Shown: one piece after another, positions 50,358 to 59,787 of the stretch
How the letters are laid out: each line of letters starts with the position of its first letter
Position numbering within the stretch: position 1 is the stretch's first letter
Assembly: GCA_041082245.1 (NCBI GenBank)
Contig: JBDOIE010000015.1
Span: 18,589-82,588, forward strand
Source of the DNA: Chloroflexia bacterium
GTDB taxonomy: Bacteria > Chloroflexota > Chloroflexia > DTKN01
Direction: 5' to 3'
Length of the DNA: 64,000 nucleotides
Program-made: the position numbers and the translations under genes
Notes under the pieces: model-generated
What the model saw: only the letters and a program-made list of their open reading frames with translations
The model's database searches: none
What the model was told of the DNA's origin: nothing

Positions 50358-51380
50358 TCAACGGAGGCTGATACGCGGGTCGATCCAGGCCTGGAGCAAG
50401 TCAACAGCCAGATTGATGCCTACGTATCCTGCAGCAGCAAAGAGCGTGATTCCCATCACTGCCGGATAGTCCACGCTTAATAGCGAGTGGACCGTAAAGA
50501 GGCCGAGCCCGGGCCAGTTGAAAACGATCTCGATGAAGAAGGTCCCGGTGAGCGCATATGCCAGGGTCAGACCGATCACGGTCAAAGTGGGGCCGATCGC
50601 ATTCTTCAGTGCGTAGCCATAGACCACGAACCGCTCGGATATCCCGTATGCGCGCGCCGTCCGGATATAGTCCTGGGCCAACACTTCCAGCATAGTACCG
50701 CGGGTCATGCGGGCAATGAGGCCGATGGGGTAGGCCGCCAGCGTGAAGGCGGGAAGGACGATGTGCCAGGCGACGTCCTTGAAAGCAACCCAGTTCCCGG
50801 TGATGGCCGTGTCGAGCAGGAAGAACCCGGTGAGTGGCCGGATCGGATGGGTAAAGCGGAGTTCCGTCGCGAACCGGCCCGTGAGCGGGAGCAGGTGAAG
50901 CCAGCGGAAAAAGACCAGTTGCAGCACCAGGCCCAGCCAGAAGGCCGGCATCGAAACCCCGGCGATCGATAGCGTGCGCACCACGACGTCGAACGGGCTG
51001 CCCTGGAAACGAGCCGAGAAGACGCCCAGCGGTACACCGATCAGCACTGCAAGGGACATCCCGACTGCGAGCAGTTCCAGCGACGCGCAGACCCGGTCTC
51101 CGATTTCCCGCAGCACCGGGCGCTTGGTAGAGATCGATTCGCCCCAGTCGCCCCGCAGGAGGTCGCGCATGTAGATCAGGTACTGCACGGGAAGGGGGCG
51201 GTTCAATCCCAGGCGTTCACGGACCATCTCCACCTGCTCGGGGCGGGGATGCGGGCCGATGTAGGCGGCCGCGGGGTCGGAGGGAATGACCCGTGCGAGG
51301 GTAAAGGTGATCAGCGAAAGCCCCAGCAGGACAAAAAGCGACATACCCAAACGCCGCAGTACAAACGCCGCTTTCCGCAC
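50358..51380 (-). CDS. ABC transporter permease (DppB/OppB-like)
   Basis: Typical N-terminus (VLRRLGMSLFVLLGLSLITFTL). Confidence 0.8.
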   Translation of the reverse strand: MRKAAFVLRRLGMSLFVLLGLSLITFTLARVIPSDPAAAYIGPHPRPEQVEMVRERLGLNRPLPVQYLIYMRDLLRGDWGESISTKRPVLREIGDRVCASLELLAVGMSLAVLIGVPLGVFSARFQGSPFDVVVRTLSIAGVSMPAFWLGLVLQLVFFRWLHLLPLTGRFATELRFTHPIRPLTGFFLLDTAITGNWVAFKDVAWHIVLPAFTLAAYPIGLIARMTRGTMLEVLAQDYIRTARAYGISERFVVYGYALKNAIGPTLTVIGLTLAYALTGTFFIEIVFNWPGLGLFTVHSLLSVDYPAVMGITLFAAAGYVGINLAVDLLQAWIDPRISLR

Positions 51381-51441
51381 CGTTGCACTCCCGAAATCTA
51401 CTCTGGGACTCGCCCCAGCGCAATTGTTCTCCGTCCAGGGA

Positions 51442-51467
51442 GCGGGGGCGGAAGGACCCGCCCCCGC
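51442..51467 (-). other. Intercistronic perfect 10-bp GC hairpin (GCGGGGGCGG, AAGGAC loop, CCGCCCCCGC) between the substrate-binding protein gene and the first permease gene
   Basis: Read directly. It lies in the 130-nt gap inside the minus-strand operon. It may act as an mRNA-stability element or a partial terminator. Confidence 0.4.
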
Positions 51468-51510
51468 CCTGAAGACTTAATTGCTCTGGCCTGCGGACTC
51501 GCGAGCGACG

Positions 51511-53136
51511 CTATTCCGCGTACAACGGGTAGAAAAAGAGCGTGAAGGGGTAGTTCATGTTGTACGTGAACCCCTTCAGCCACTTTGGCACTACCAGCGG
51601 CGTCTGCACGTCGTAGAGAAAGACCGCCGGGGCGTCATCAACCAGCAGATTCAGTGCCTGCTCGTAGAGTTGGGCCGATCGGGTAGGGTCAGTGGCTACG
51701 AGCGTGGCCGCCTCGTCGATCAACTGGTCGTACTCCGGATTGGAGTAGTAGCTGAGGTTGAAGAACGGTTTTTCCTCGCTGTGGAACAGCGAGTACATGT
51801 TGTCCGTTCCGGCATCCGCGTACGTCGGCCAGTACAGAAGCAGGAAGATGTCCTGCGCCTTGGTGGGGTCGCCCTTGGCCAGTTCCCACTGTTGCTTCCA
51901 CAACATCGGGCGGATCTCCACGTCGATGCCGATCTCCGCCAGCGCGTCTTTGATGATCGGCGCAAAGCGCTCCTCGCTCTGGTTCTCCGCGGCGTAGGTG
52001 AGCACCACGTGGAGGCCTCCGCCCTCGAACCCGGCCTGTTTCATGAGCTCTTTCGCTTTTTGGGGATCGTATGGATACTGCTTTACGTTCGGGCTGTACG
52101 GCCACACCCCCTCCGGGACCGGCCCACGTGACTGTTTGCCGAAGCCCTGGGCGCCTACAGCGATGATATCCTCGTACGGGATCGCATAGGACACCGCCTG
52201 GCGCACCAGTTTGTTGTCGAAAGGAGGCTTGCGCGTGTTGAGGTAGGCCGCATAGTTGTACATGCTCGGTTCGACGCGGAATTCAAAGTTCGGGTTGTTC
52301 TGGTACAGGTGGATGTTCTCAAGCGGGAGGGATAGGGCGAGGTCCACTTCGCCTCCATCGAGCATCTGCTGCTGGGTGACGGCTTCCGGTACAATGCTCA
52401 CCACGATTTTATCAAAGTGCGGAACGTCTGTCCATCCCCCCCAGTAGTCCGGAAAGGCCGCGAGGACTACTTCTTTATCCGGCGTATAGGATTCCAGGTA
52501 GTACGGGCCTGTCCCCGCAGAAATGCCCTGCTCGAAGTAGTTCGGGTCAGCAGTGGCGGCCGCGATCGCCTTCGGGCTCATGATCCACGCCCCGTTGGAG
52601 CTGGCGGCGATCAGGTCCAGGGCCGCGGCATATTTCAGCTGAAAGCGCACGGTGTAGTCGTCGAGAGCTTCGATCTTGTCCACCGGCGCCCAGATGAAAG
52701 CCGCGCCCAGGCCGAGCTGTATCGTACGCTCGATCGACTGTTTGACCGCTTGCGCGGTGAGGTTTTCGCCATCGTGGAACTTGACCCCCTTGCGCAGATG
52801 GAAGGTCCATTGTAACCCGTCGGGAGAGACTTCCCAGCTTTCCGCCAGGGCCGGCCGGAAGCGTTCCGCCGATCCGGGCGGATTCACGTAGAGCAGGGGT
52901 TCGTACAGGTTGACCATGTAGAGCACCTCCGTGGAGAAAGAGGCGCTCGGGTCCCAAGTGGTCACGTTTGCGGTAGCCGCGACGCGCAGAACGCGCGGGG
53001 CCGGGGTCGCGGTCGGCGCAGGGGGCGGGACGGTCGGAGCGGAGGGCTGGGTCGGTTGAGCGGGGATCGTAGCGGGCCCACACTGCACCAGGGCGAAACT
53101 CAGGCACACCAGCAGAAGGAAGGACACGCGCTTCAT
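51511..53136 (-). CDS. ABC transporter substrate-binding protein, family 5 (peptide/nickel/opine type), secreted lipoprotein-like
   Basis: ATG at 53136 (MKRVSFLLLVCLSFALVQC lipoprotein-like signal) with a GGAGGAGG RBS. Family 5 SBP length and motifs. Confidence 0.8.
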   Translation of the reverse strand: MKRVSFLLLVCLSFALVQCGPATIPAQPTQPSAPTVPPPAPTATPAPRVLRVAATANVTTWDPSASFSTEVLYMVNLYEPLLYVNPPGSAERFRPALAESWEVSPDGLQWTFHLRKGVKFHDGENLTAQAVKQSIERTIQLGLGAAFIWAPVDKIEALDDYTVRFQLKYAAALDLIAASSNGAWIMSPKAIAAATADPNYFEQGISAGTGPYYLESYTPDKEVVLAAFPDYWGGWTDVPHFDKIVVSIVPEAVTQQQMLDGGEVDLALSLPLENIHLYQNNPNFEFRVEPSMYNYAAYLNTRKPPFDNKLVRQAVSYAIPYEDIIAVGAQGFGKQSRGPVPEGVWPYSPNVKQYPYDPQKAKELMKQAGFEGGGLHVVLTYAAENQSEERFAPIIKDALAEIGIDVEIRPMLWKQQWELAKGDPTKAQDIFLLLYWPTYADAGTDNMYSLFHSEEKPFFNLSYYSNPEYDQLIDEAATLVATDPTRSAQLYEQALNLLVDDAPAVFLYDVQTPLVVPKWLKGFTYNMNYPFTLFFYPLYAE

Positions 53137-53190
53137 GACTTTTCCTCCTCCACGAAACGTCGGATCCCGCAGCCCGCATCGGTCGATTTC

Positions 53191-53196
53191 AGTATA
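53191..53196 (-). promoter_or_regulatory. Candidate -10 element (TATACT) for the SBP/ABC operon, about 50 nt upstream of the ATG. No convincing -35.
   Basis: Read directly. Weak. Confidence 0.25.
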
Positions 53197-53241
53197 GCGG
53201 TGGGCTCTCACACGGCTCTAACCCTTTCTCTTACAGCGCGG

Positions 53242-53270
53242 TTGCGCGTAGGCCCGGTCGCAGGTATAAT
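53242..53270 (+). promoter_or_regulatory. Sigma70-like promoter: TTGCGC, 17 bp, TATAAT, upstream of the STAND regulator gene
   Basis: Read directly. 50 nt upstream of the ATG at 53320. Confidence 0.5.
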
Positions 53271-53319
53271 CGCCTTGAGCAGGGCAAGCCTTGGCGCCCG
53301 CCGAACAGGGCGGTGAACG

Positions 53320-56300
53320 ATGAGGGACCTGCCCCTCCTGAGCACCAAGTTCCTGGTTCCGCGGCTCCAGCCGGACCATCTGCCGCGAGAACGGCTCGTG
53401 CGGCAGCTTGGGGTAGCCTTGTACAAGCGTCTTGTGCTACTCTCAGCGCCGCCCGGATACGGGAAAACGACCCTGCTGGCGCTGTTTGCGCGGCAAACGG
53501 AGATTCCCCTGATCTGGTATCAGCTCGATGCGACGGACAACGATCCGATCCTGTTCCTGCACTCCTTGGTCACCGGGTTTCGGATGCGCTTTCCCGGCTT
53601 TGCCCCTGCGACCACAGCATTGCTGGAGGATCATCGCCAGCAGCCCGACCGGCTGCTGGCCGTGTTGCTGAACGAGGTGACAGGCGAGATCAGACCGGAC
53701 GTGCTTCTGGTACTGGAGGATTATCACGCGATCCGGCATCCTGATGTCCACCGGCTGGTACAGTTCTTGCTGGATCACCAGCCGCCGCAGCTGCACCTGT
53801 TGCTTTCCACCCGGGAGGAGCCTCCTCTATCCCTGGCCGGCCTACGCGCAGCCGGCGAGCTCATCGAGTTGCGTGCTGCCGACTTGCGGTTCACAACCGA
53901 GGAGATTTCGCAACTTACGGCATCCCTGGAACTGGGCGAAACACTCGTCGATCTTCTCGCAGAACGCACTGAAGGGTGGCCTGCGGGTCTGCAGCTTGCG
54001 CTCGCGGCGCTGGCACAGAGGCCGGGAGTGCCGCCTCAAGAGGTCGTGCGGCGCTTCCGGGGGAACCACCGCTTCGTTTTCGATTACCTGGCCGAAGAGG
54101 TTTTCGAACGCCAGCCTCGCGAGGTACAGGATTTCCTGTTGCGATCTTCCATCCTGGAGCAGATGAGCGCGCCGAGCTGCAACGACATCCTCGGGATCGA
54201 CAACGCGAAAGTGCTCCTTGAAGAGCTGGAGAAACGGAACCTTTTCCTGCAGGGCCTGGATGAAGAGCGGCGCTGGTACCGATACCATCAGCTGTTTCGA
54301 GATTTCCTTCTGGATCGCCTCTACCGGCAGGGCGAAGAAGAACCGCTTCGGTTGCACGCGCGGGCTGGCGACTACTACGCCGAACAGGGAATGTGGGATC
54401 TGGCCGCCGAGCACTACGTCGCGGCACGGAGCGTTCCAGGATTGAGCCGGGCGGTCCGCGCGCTTGCTCCGTGCTGTCTGCAGAGTGGCCGCCTGGAGAC
54501 CCTATACCGTTACCTTTTGGCCTTACCGCCTCGGGTCTTCGAAGAGGAGCCGGACTTGCTTCTGTACCAGGGGCAGGTGTTCCGCCACTGGGGCAGGGTC
54601 GAGGAAGCGGTCGCTTGTTACGAAAGAGCACGTTCCCTTTATGAGGTGCGCGACGAACGGAATGGGCTGTCGCGCGCGCTGAGCGAGCTGGCTTACATCG
54701 CGCTCTCGCGTGGCGAATACCGGGATGCCCAGCGGCTGGCGCAGCAGGCTCTGGGTGCCGCAGGACCGCACGACCATCTGGAACGATCCTCGGCACTGAT
54801 GGCGCTGGCGCGTAGCACTGGTTTCCTGGAAGGGATGGAACGCGGGTGCAAGCTCGGGGAAGAGGCACTTCGCGAGGCGGAGGTCGCTGATCCCCCGCTG
54901 CCTCGGACGGCCCGGGCGCGCCTGCTGCTTTCTCAGGCCCAGTTATGTTGGTGGTACGGGGACCCTTTCGCTACTGTGGGCCATTGTCAGGCGGCGCTGG
55001 ACGCGGAGCCTGAGCCGGTTTCGCCTATTGCCTGCCGGGCCTTTGTCATTATGGTCAGCCCCCATCTCTATTGGGGCAACTTTTCGTTAGCCCGTGACCT
55101 TGCACAAAAGGGCCTGGCGTTGAGCGAGCAACTCCAGTACACCGAGTGGCGGCCGATGGCACATGCGGCGCTGGGCATGGTGCTTTCTCGCCAGGGCCAG
55201 CTGGCTCTAGGGGAGAAGCACCTCCGTGAAGCGATCTCGCTGGCCCGTCGCCTGGGTGCGGAAAGCTACGCGCAGCTGATGGCGGCCGGGTACCTTGCAG
55301 CGAACCTGAGCCAGCAGGGCCGGCTGGCGGAAGCTCGCCGCTGCTGCGAAGAGGTCCTGCATCTATACGAGGCCAACCAGGAGACCTACGAATACTCGGT
55401 GTGCCGGAGCGTGCTGGGCGATGTGTTGATGGATATGGGGGATCTGGACACGGCGTGGGAGTATTTCCTGAGCCTGCGGCAGATCGATGAGGCGCGACAG
55501 TTCCGTCTGCCGTTGGCGATGGTCCATTTTGCTCTGGGCTACCTGCATCTCTTGGCCGGCCGTCGGGACCCGGCGCTGGAGGCCATCCGGGATTCGATGG
55601 AGATCATACGCCAGACAAACACGGTCGTCCTCTATCTCGACCAGGGGCAACGCGCAGCTGCCGTGTGTCGAGCGGCACTCGAAGCTGGGATCTGCCCCGA
55701 TCTCGCGCGCCGGATCCTTGGGATGCTTGGCGCCGATGGGCAGCTGGCCGTGGAGCCTTGCTATGAGGCCCGTACATCCACCGAGCCGGTCGACCGGCGG
55801 AGGCCCTTCGAGATCGTAACGCTTGGCGGGTTCCGCGTCTTCTACGAGGGGCGTGAGATCGGGAAAGAAGCCGGGTTGGTGGGGCGCCCCAGGGAGATGC
55901 TGGCCTATTTCATCACCCATCGGTACGAGCGCCTTCCCCTCGACCGGATCGTGGAAGACCTTTGGCCCGGGTGCGCTCCGGAACAGGGACAAGCCGTTTT
56001 TCACACCACGCTGCACCGGCTGCGCCGTGCTTTGAGCCGCGTCGCCGGCCCAGGAACCTATGTCCGTCACGATGGCGGAGAGTATCAGCTGGAGGCCGAG
56101 GCATTTCGCGTGGACGTCGACACGTTCGAGGCCTGTCTGCAGCGTGCGCGGAGCAGCGTCGGCACCAGTGCACAACGCGCCTGCGAAGAGGCAGCCCAGC
56201 GCTATGGGGGAGCGTACCTGGTTAACCTGTACGCAGACTGGTGCGAAGCCGAACGCCGGAGGCTCACCTCGGCCTATCTGGAAGTGCTCCGCACGCTTGT

Positions 56301-56577
56301 CGCGGCGTATACCGCTGCCGGGGACTATACGCGTGCCGTTTGGGCATGCGAGCGAATGCTCGAGGTCGATCCGCTGCTGGAAGAGGTGCACTGCGAGCTG
56401 ATGCGGCTCTGGCACCGGATGGGGAATCGTGCGGCGGTCATCCGCCAGTACGAGCGCCTCGTCCAGCTGCTCGCGCAGGAGGTGTGTGCAAGCCCCTTGC
56501 CGGAAACGCAGCGCCTCTTGCGGGAGCTGCTGGCTCGGCCAGCAGGCGCCATCCTTGACAATCCGGGGCCTTTCTGA
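53320..56577 (+). CDS. Large ATP-dependent transcriptional regulator: MalT-like STAND NTPase N-terminus, TPR-like repeats, C-terminal OmpR-type winged helix plus BTAD (SARP-type) module
   Basis: N-terminus (LLSTKFLVPRLQPDHLPRERLVRQL ... LLSAPPGYGKTTLLALF, Walker B LVLEDYH) resembles MalT. The C-terminus (FEIVTLGGFRVFYEGREIG ... MLAYFITHRYERLPLDRIVEDLWP ... then a BTAD helical repeat) resembles SARP/AfsR DNA-binding domains. Confidence 0.6.
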   Translation: MRDLPLLSTKFLVPRLQPDHLPRERLVRQLGVALYKRLVLLSAPPGYGKTTLLALFARQTEIPLIWYQLDATDNDPILFLHSLVTGFRMRFPGFAPATTALLEDHRQQPDRLLAVLLNEVTGEIRPDVLLVLEDYHAIRHPDVHRLVQFLLDHQPPQLHLLLSTREEPPLSLAGLRAAGELIELRAADLRFTTEEISQLTASLELGETLVDLLAERTEGWPAGLQLALAALAQRPGVPPQEVVRRFRGNHRFVFDYLAEEVFERQPREVQDFLLRSSILEQMSAPSCNDILGIDNAKVLLEELEKRNLFLQGLDEERRWYRYHQLFRDFLLDRLYRQGEEEPLRLHARAGDYYAEQGMWDLAAEHYVAARSVPGLSRAVRALAPCCLQSGRLETLYRYLLALPPRVFEEEPDLLLYQGQVFRHWGRVEEAVACYERARSLYEVRDERNGLSRALSELAYIALSRGEYRDAQRLAQQALGAAGPHDHLERSSALMALARSTGFLEGMERGCKLGEEALREAEVADPPLPRTARARLLLSQAQLCWWYGDPFATVGHCQAALDAEPEPVSPIACRAFVIMVSPHLYWGNFSLARDLAQKGLALSEQLQYTEWRPMAHAALGMVLSRQGQLALGEKHLREAISLARRLGAESYAQLMAAGYLAANLSQQGRLAEARRCCEEVLHLYEANQETYEYSVCRSVLGDVLMDMGDLDTAWEYFLSLRQIDEARQFRLPLAMVHFALGYLHLLAGRRDPALEAIRDSMEIIRQTNTVVLYLDQGQRAAAVCRAALEAGICPDLARRILGMLGADGQLAVEPCYEARTSTEPVDRRRPFEIVTLGGFRVFYEGREIGKEAGLVGRPREMLAYFITHRYERLPLDRIVEDLWPGCAPEQGQAVFHTTLHRLRRALSRVAGPGTYVRHDGGEYQLEAEAFRVDVDTFEACLQRARSSVGTSAQRACEEAAQRYGGAYLVNLYADWCEAERRRLTSAYLEVLRTLVAAYTAAGDYTRAVWACERMLEVDPLLEEVHCELMRLWHRMGNRAAVIRQYERLVQLLAQEVCASPLPETQRLLRELLARPAGAILDNPGPF

Positions 56578-56583
56578 TAGTAT
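56555..56583 (+). promoter_or_regulatory. Sigma70-like promoter: TTGACA, 17 bp, TAGTAT. The -35 lies inside the last codons of the regulator gene, and the -10 starts right after its stop. It would give a roughly 160-nt leader for the protease gene.
   Basis: Read directly. Confidence 0.4.
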
Positions 56584-56746
56584 CACTTGTGTAGACATTA
56601 TCTCCCTTTCTCCATCTGTATCCCGGCATCCCGAACCCGGGTGTGCGTTGCACAGCCCGAGCGTATTTGCCTACAGAGAGGAGGTGGTCGCCGCTAGCTG
56701 TTCCTCCCGCTTCCCGTGGATCCAGGCTGAGAGCAAGGAGGTTACG

Positions 56747-59700
56747 ATGAACTGGAGCCGAATCCTGCGGCTACTCGGTGTACTGGTGCTCCTCGTGATC
56801 GGCCTAGCGGCGCTTCCTTCGGTCGCGACCCCGAACAGCAAGATCGAGCCGGCACTCCTGGAGAAACTCGCCGCGGAACGGACCGCTGATTTCATCGTCC
56901 GCTTTGGCGAACAGGCGGACCTCAGTCCTGCCTATCAGATGGGCTGGAAAGAGCGCGGCGAGTTCGTTGTGCGCGCGCTGACCGAAGTGGCCGAGCGCAG
57001 CCAGGCGACGGCAAAGACCTACCTGGACGGGCGCGGTATCGCGTACCGGACGTTTATCGCGGGCAACGAACTATACGTCTGGTCGGGCGATCTCGCCGCC
57101 GCCAACCGTCTGGCCGAGTTTCCCGAAGTGGCTTTCATCCGGGCTACCCGCACGTACTACGTGGATCCGATCATCTCCAACGAGACAAACGCCGCGCCGC
57201 ACGCGCTTGACTGGGGCATCTTGGATACAGGAGCAGATGACTTTTGGGCCGCTTTCGGCGTCCAGGGCGACGGCATCGTAGTTGCGAACATCGACACCGG
57301 CGTCCAGTGGAACCACCCCGCCCTCGACCAGGCCTACAAGTGCGCTTCGAACCCGACCAGCCCTGCCTGCTGGTACGATCCTTCCAGCATCTGCGGGGGT
57401 ACCGTGTGCGACAACAACGGCCACGGCACGCACACGATGGGCACGATGGTCGGGGACGACGATCCCTCGCTAGCCTATCAGGTCGGGATGGCGCCGAACG
57501 CCCTGTGGATCGCCTGCAAGGGGTGCGAGACGAACTCGTGCTCGGATTTCGCCCTGAACGCCTGCGCGGACTGGATCCTGCAACCCGATGGCAACCCGGC
57601 GAACCGCCCGCACGTGGTGAACAACTCCTGGGGCGGGGGTGGGTGCGACACCTGGTACCAGGCGAAGGTACAGGCCTGGCGCGCGGCCGGCATCTTCCCC
57701 GCCTTCTCGGCCGGGAACTCGGGTTCTGGCTGCGGCACGCTGGGTAGCCCCGGGGACTATCAGGAGTCGTTTGCCAGCGCGGCACACGATGTCTCCCGCA
57801 ACATTGCCTCCTTCTCGAGCCGGGGTCCTTCCTGCTTCGGGCACGATCCGTACACGAAGCCGAACATCTCGGCCCCGGGTGTAAACGTCTGCTCCTCGGT
57901 GCCCACAAACGCCTGGAGCTGCACCTACAGCGGCACCTCGATGGCCAGCCCGCACTCCGCGGGGGCGGTGGCGCTGCTCTGGTCGTGCAACCCGAGCCTG
58001 ATCGGCCAGATCGACCTGACCTTCGAGGCCCTCCAGAACACCGCGGATACGCCGCCGGCCGGAAACTGCAATGCGCCTCCGGACGGTGAGGGGAACTATA
58101 CCTACGGCTACGGATACCTCAACGTGTACCAGGCCGGCCTCCAGTACTGCGGCGGTGTCGCGCTGGGCTACCTGCAGGGCCACGTGTACGATGCCGACAC
58201 CGGCAGCCCGATCGGGGGAGCCAACGTGATCGCGGTACCGGGTGGCCAGATCCTCGCGGTCACGGATCCCACGGGCTACTACACGATGTCCCTGGTCCCC
58301 GGGGTCTACGACGTGACGGCCTCGAAGAACGGCTACGACTCGCAGACGGTCCAGGACATCCACATCTACACCGACACTGTGACCACCCAGGACTTCCAGC
58401 TGCACTTCCTTGGCCAGTGGACGTTGCTTCCGGACAACCCGTTCGACTACACCCGCTTCGACTGCGTCTGGTTCGACGACGGGACGGGACCCTCGGCCTA
58501 CAACCAGAAGGTCTACTGCCTCGGCGGGCGCACCGGCTCCACGACCGAGGATCCCTCTATCTGGCGCTTCGATCCGGTAACCCAGGTCTGGACGGATACC
58601 GGGCACGACGTCTACGAGGATGTCTCCAACTACACCGCCAACCTGCTGCGGGACGAGAACTATGACACCCAAGGGCTAGCGATCTACATCGTCGGTGGGT
58701 ACGACGCGGAGGGCGGCGGCTATATGCCCATTGTGCAGCGTTACTACCCCAAGACCGGGCTTGCGCAGAACGTCCCCGACGACCCCTGGCCGGTAATGGT
58801 CGGCGGGTACAACACCATCCCCGGAGCGTGCGTCAGCACCTCGGATCTGACCAAGATCTACTGCTTCGGCGCCTGGGAGAGCAACGCTGCGCCCTATTTC
58901 TCCGCCCAGACCTGGGAGTATGACCCGACCCGGCCCGACACCCAGCGCTGGCAGCAGATCACCACGGCCAACCTGAGCGTGCCACGGGGTTACATCCTGG
59001 CCGCGGTCCAGGGCACCAAGATCTATGCCATAGGCGGTGACTACCAGTACACGGGCGGCGATCTGGTGCCCACGGACATCGTCGAGGTGCTCGATGTGAC
59101 CAACCTGGCCGCGGGCTGGTCGACCGTGGCCTCCATGCCCATCCCGCTGTCCCAGGGGCGTGCCTTCGGCCTCGATGTCGACACGCTGGGAGTGAACGTC
59201 CCCGTGGGCAAGATTTACACCGCGGGCGGCGGCGACTGGCCGAACGAGACCACCGAGGCGATGGAGTACGACGTGGCGTCCGACACCTGGAATCAGGCCT
59301 TCCCCGATCTGAACATCGCCCGCCGCAACCACGCTGGTGTATACATCCCGCTGTGCACGCCCGATGATCCGACCGACCTGATGCCTTCGCTCTTGGTGGT
59401 CGGAGGCCGGAGCGGCTCGGATGTCCCGCCCTACCCCCAGCCGGAGTACTTCCCGTTCTCCTGCTCGATCTGTGAGCCGGTCGAGATCCTGTCGGTCATT
59501 ACCACGACCGAAGGGTGCGTCGTCTCCTTCAGCGCGGAGGTAACGGGTACCGAGCCGATCGACTTCCTGTGGGACTTTGGGCCCTTCGGGACGACCACGG
59601 AGACGAACCCGATCGTGGACTTCCAGGCGAGCGGCACCTACGCCTACACGTTGACCGTCTCCAACTGCGGCGGTACCGACAGCTGGAGCGGTACAGTCAC

Positions 59701-59767
59701 GGTCGAGTGTGCGCCGCCGATGTGGGAGATCTACCTGCCTGTCGTCTTCAAAGCCTACGAACCTTAG
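56747..59767 (+). CDS. Secreted multi-domain subtilisin-like serine protease (S8): signal peptide, I9-like propeptide, S8 catalytic domain, CarbopepD-reg-like beta-sandwich, Kelch-type beta-propeller-like region and a C-terminal PKD-like domain
   Basis: AAGGAGG RBS. MNWSRILRLLGVLVLLVIGLAALPSVA signal. Catalytic triad motifs (VANIDTGV, HGTHTMGT, GTSMASPHSAG). Repeated ...YxxGG... blades. C-terminal WDFGPFGTTTE...YTLTVSN PKD-like motif. Confidence 0.85.
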   Translation: MNWSRILRLLGVLVLLVIGLAALPSVATPNSKIEPALLEKLAAERTADFIVRFGEQADLSPAYQMGWKERGEFVVRALTEVAERSQATAKTYLDGRGIAYRTFIAGNELYVWSGDLAAANRLAEFPEVAFIRATRTYYVDPIISNETNAAPHALDWGILDTGADDFWAAFGVQGDGIVVANIDTGVQWNHPALDQAYKCASNPTSPACWYDPSSICGGTVCDNNGHGTHTMGTMVGDDDPSLAYQVGMAPNALWIACKGCETNSCSDFALNACADWILQPDGNPANRPHVVNNSWGGGGCDTWYQAKVQAWRAAGIFPAFSAGNSGSGCGTLGSPGDYQESFASAAHDVSRNIASFSSRGPSCFGHDPYTKPNISAPGVNVCSSVPTNAWSCTYSGTSMASPHSAGAVALLWSCNPSLIGQIDLTFEALQNTADTPPAGNCNAPPDGEGNYTYGYGYLNVYQAGLQYCGGVALGYLQGHVYDADTGSPIGGANVIAVPGGQILAVTDPTGYYTMSLVPGVYDVTASKNGYDSQTVQDIHIYTDTVTTQDFQLHFLGQWTLLPDNPFDYTRFDCVWFDDGTGPSAYNQKVYCLGGRTGSTTEDPSIWRFDPVTQVWTDTGHDVYEDVSNYTANLLRDENYDTQGLAIYIVGGYDAEGGGYMPIVQRYYPKTGLAQNVPDDPWPVMVGGYNTIPGACVSTSDLTKIYCFGAWESNAAPYFSAQTWEYDPTRPDTQRWQQITTANLSVPRGYILAAVQGTKIYAIGGDYQYTGGDLVPTDIVEVLDVTNLAAGWSTVASMPIPLSQGRAFGLDVDTLGVNVPVGKIYTAGGGDWPNETTEAMEYDVASDTWNQAFPDLNIARRNHAGVYIPLCTPDDPTDLMPSLLVVGGRSGSDVPPYPQPEYFPFSCSICEPVEILSVITTTEGCVVSFSAEVTGTEPIDFLWDFGPFGTTTETNPIVDFQASGTYAYTLTVSNCGGTDSWSGTVTVECAPPMWEIYLPVVFKAYEP

Positions 59768-59787
59768 GGTGTAACGCGGAAAGGAAC

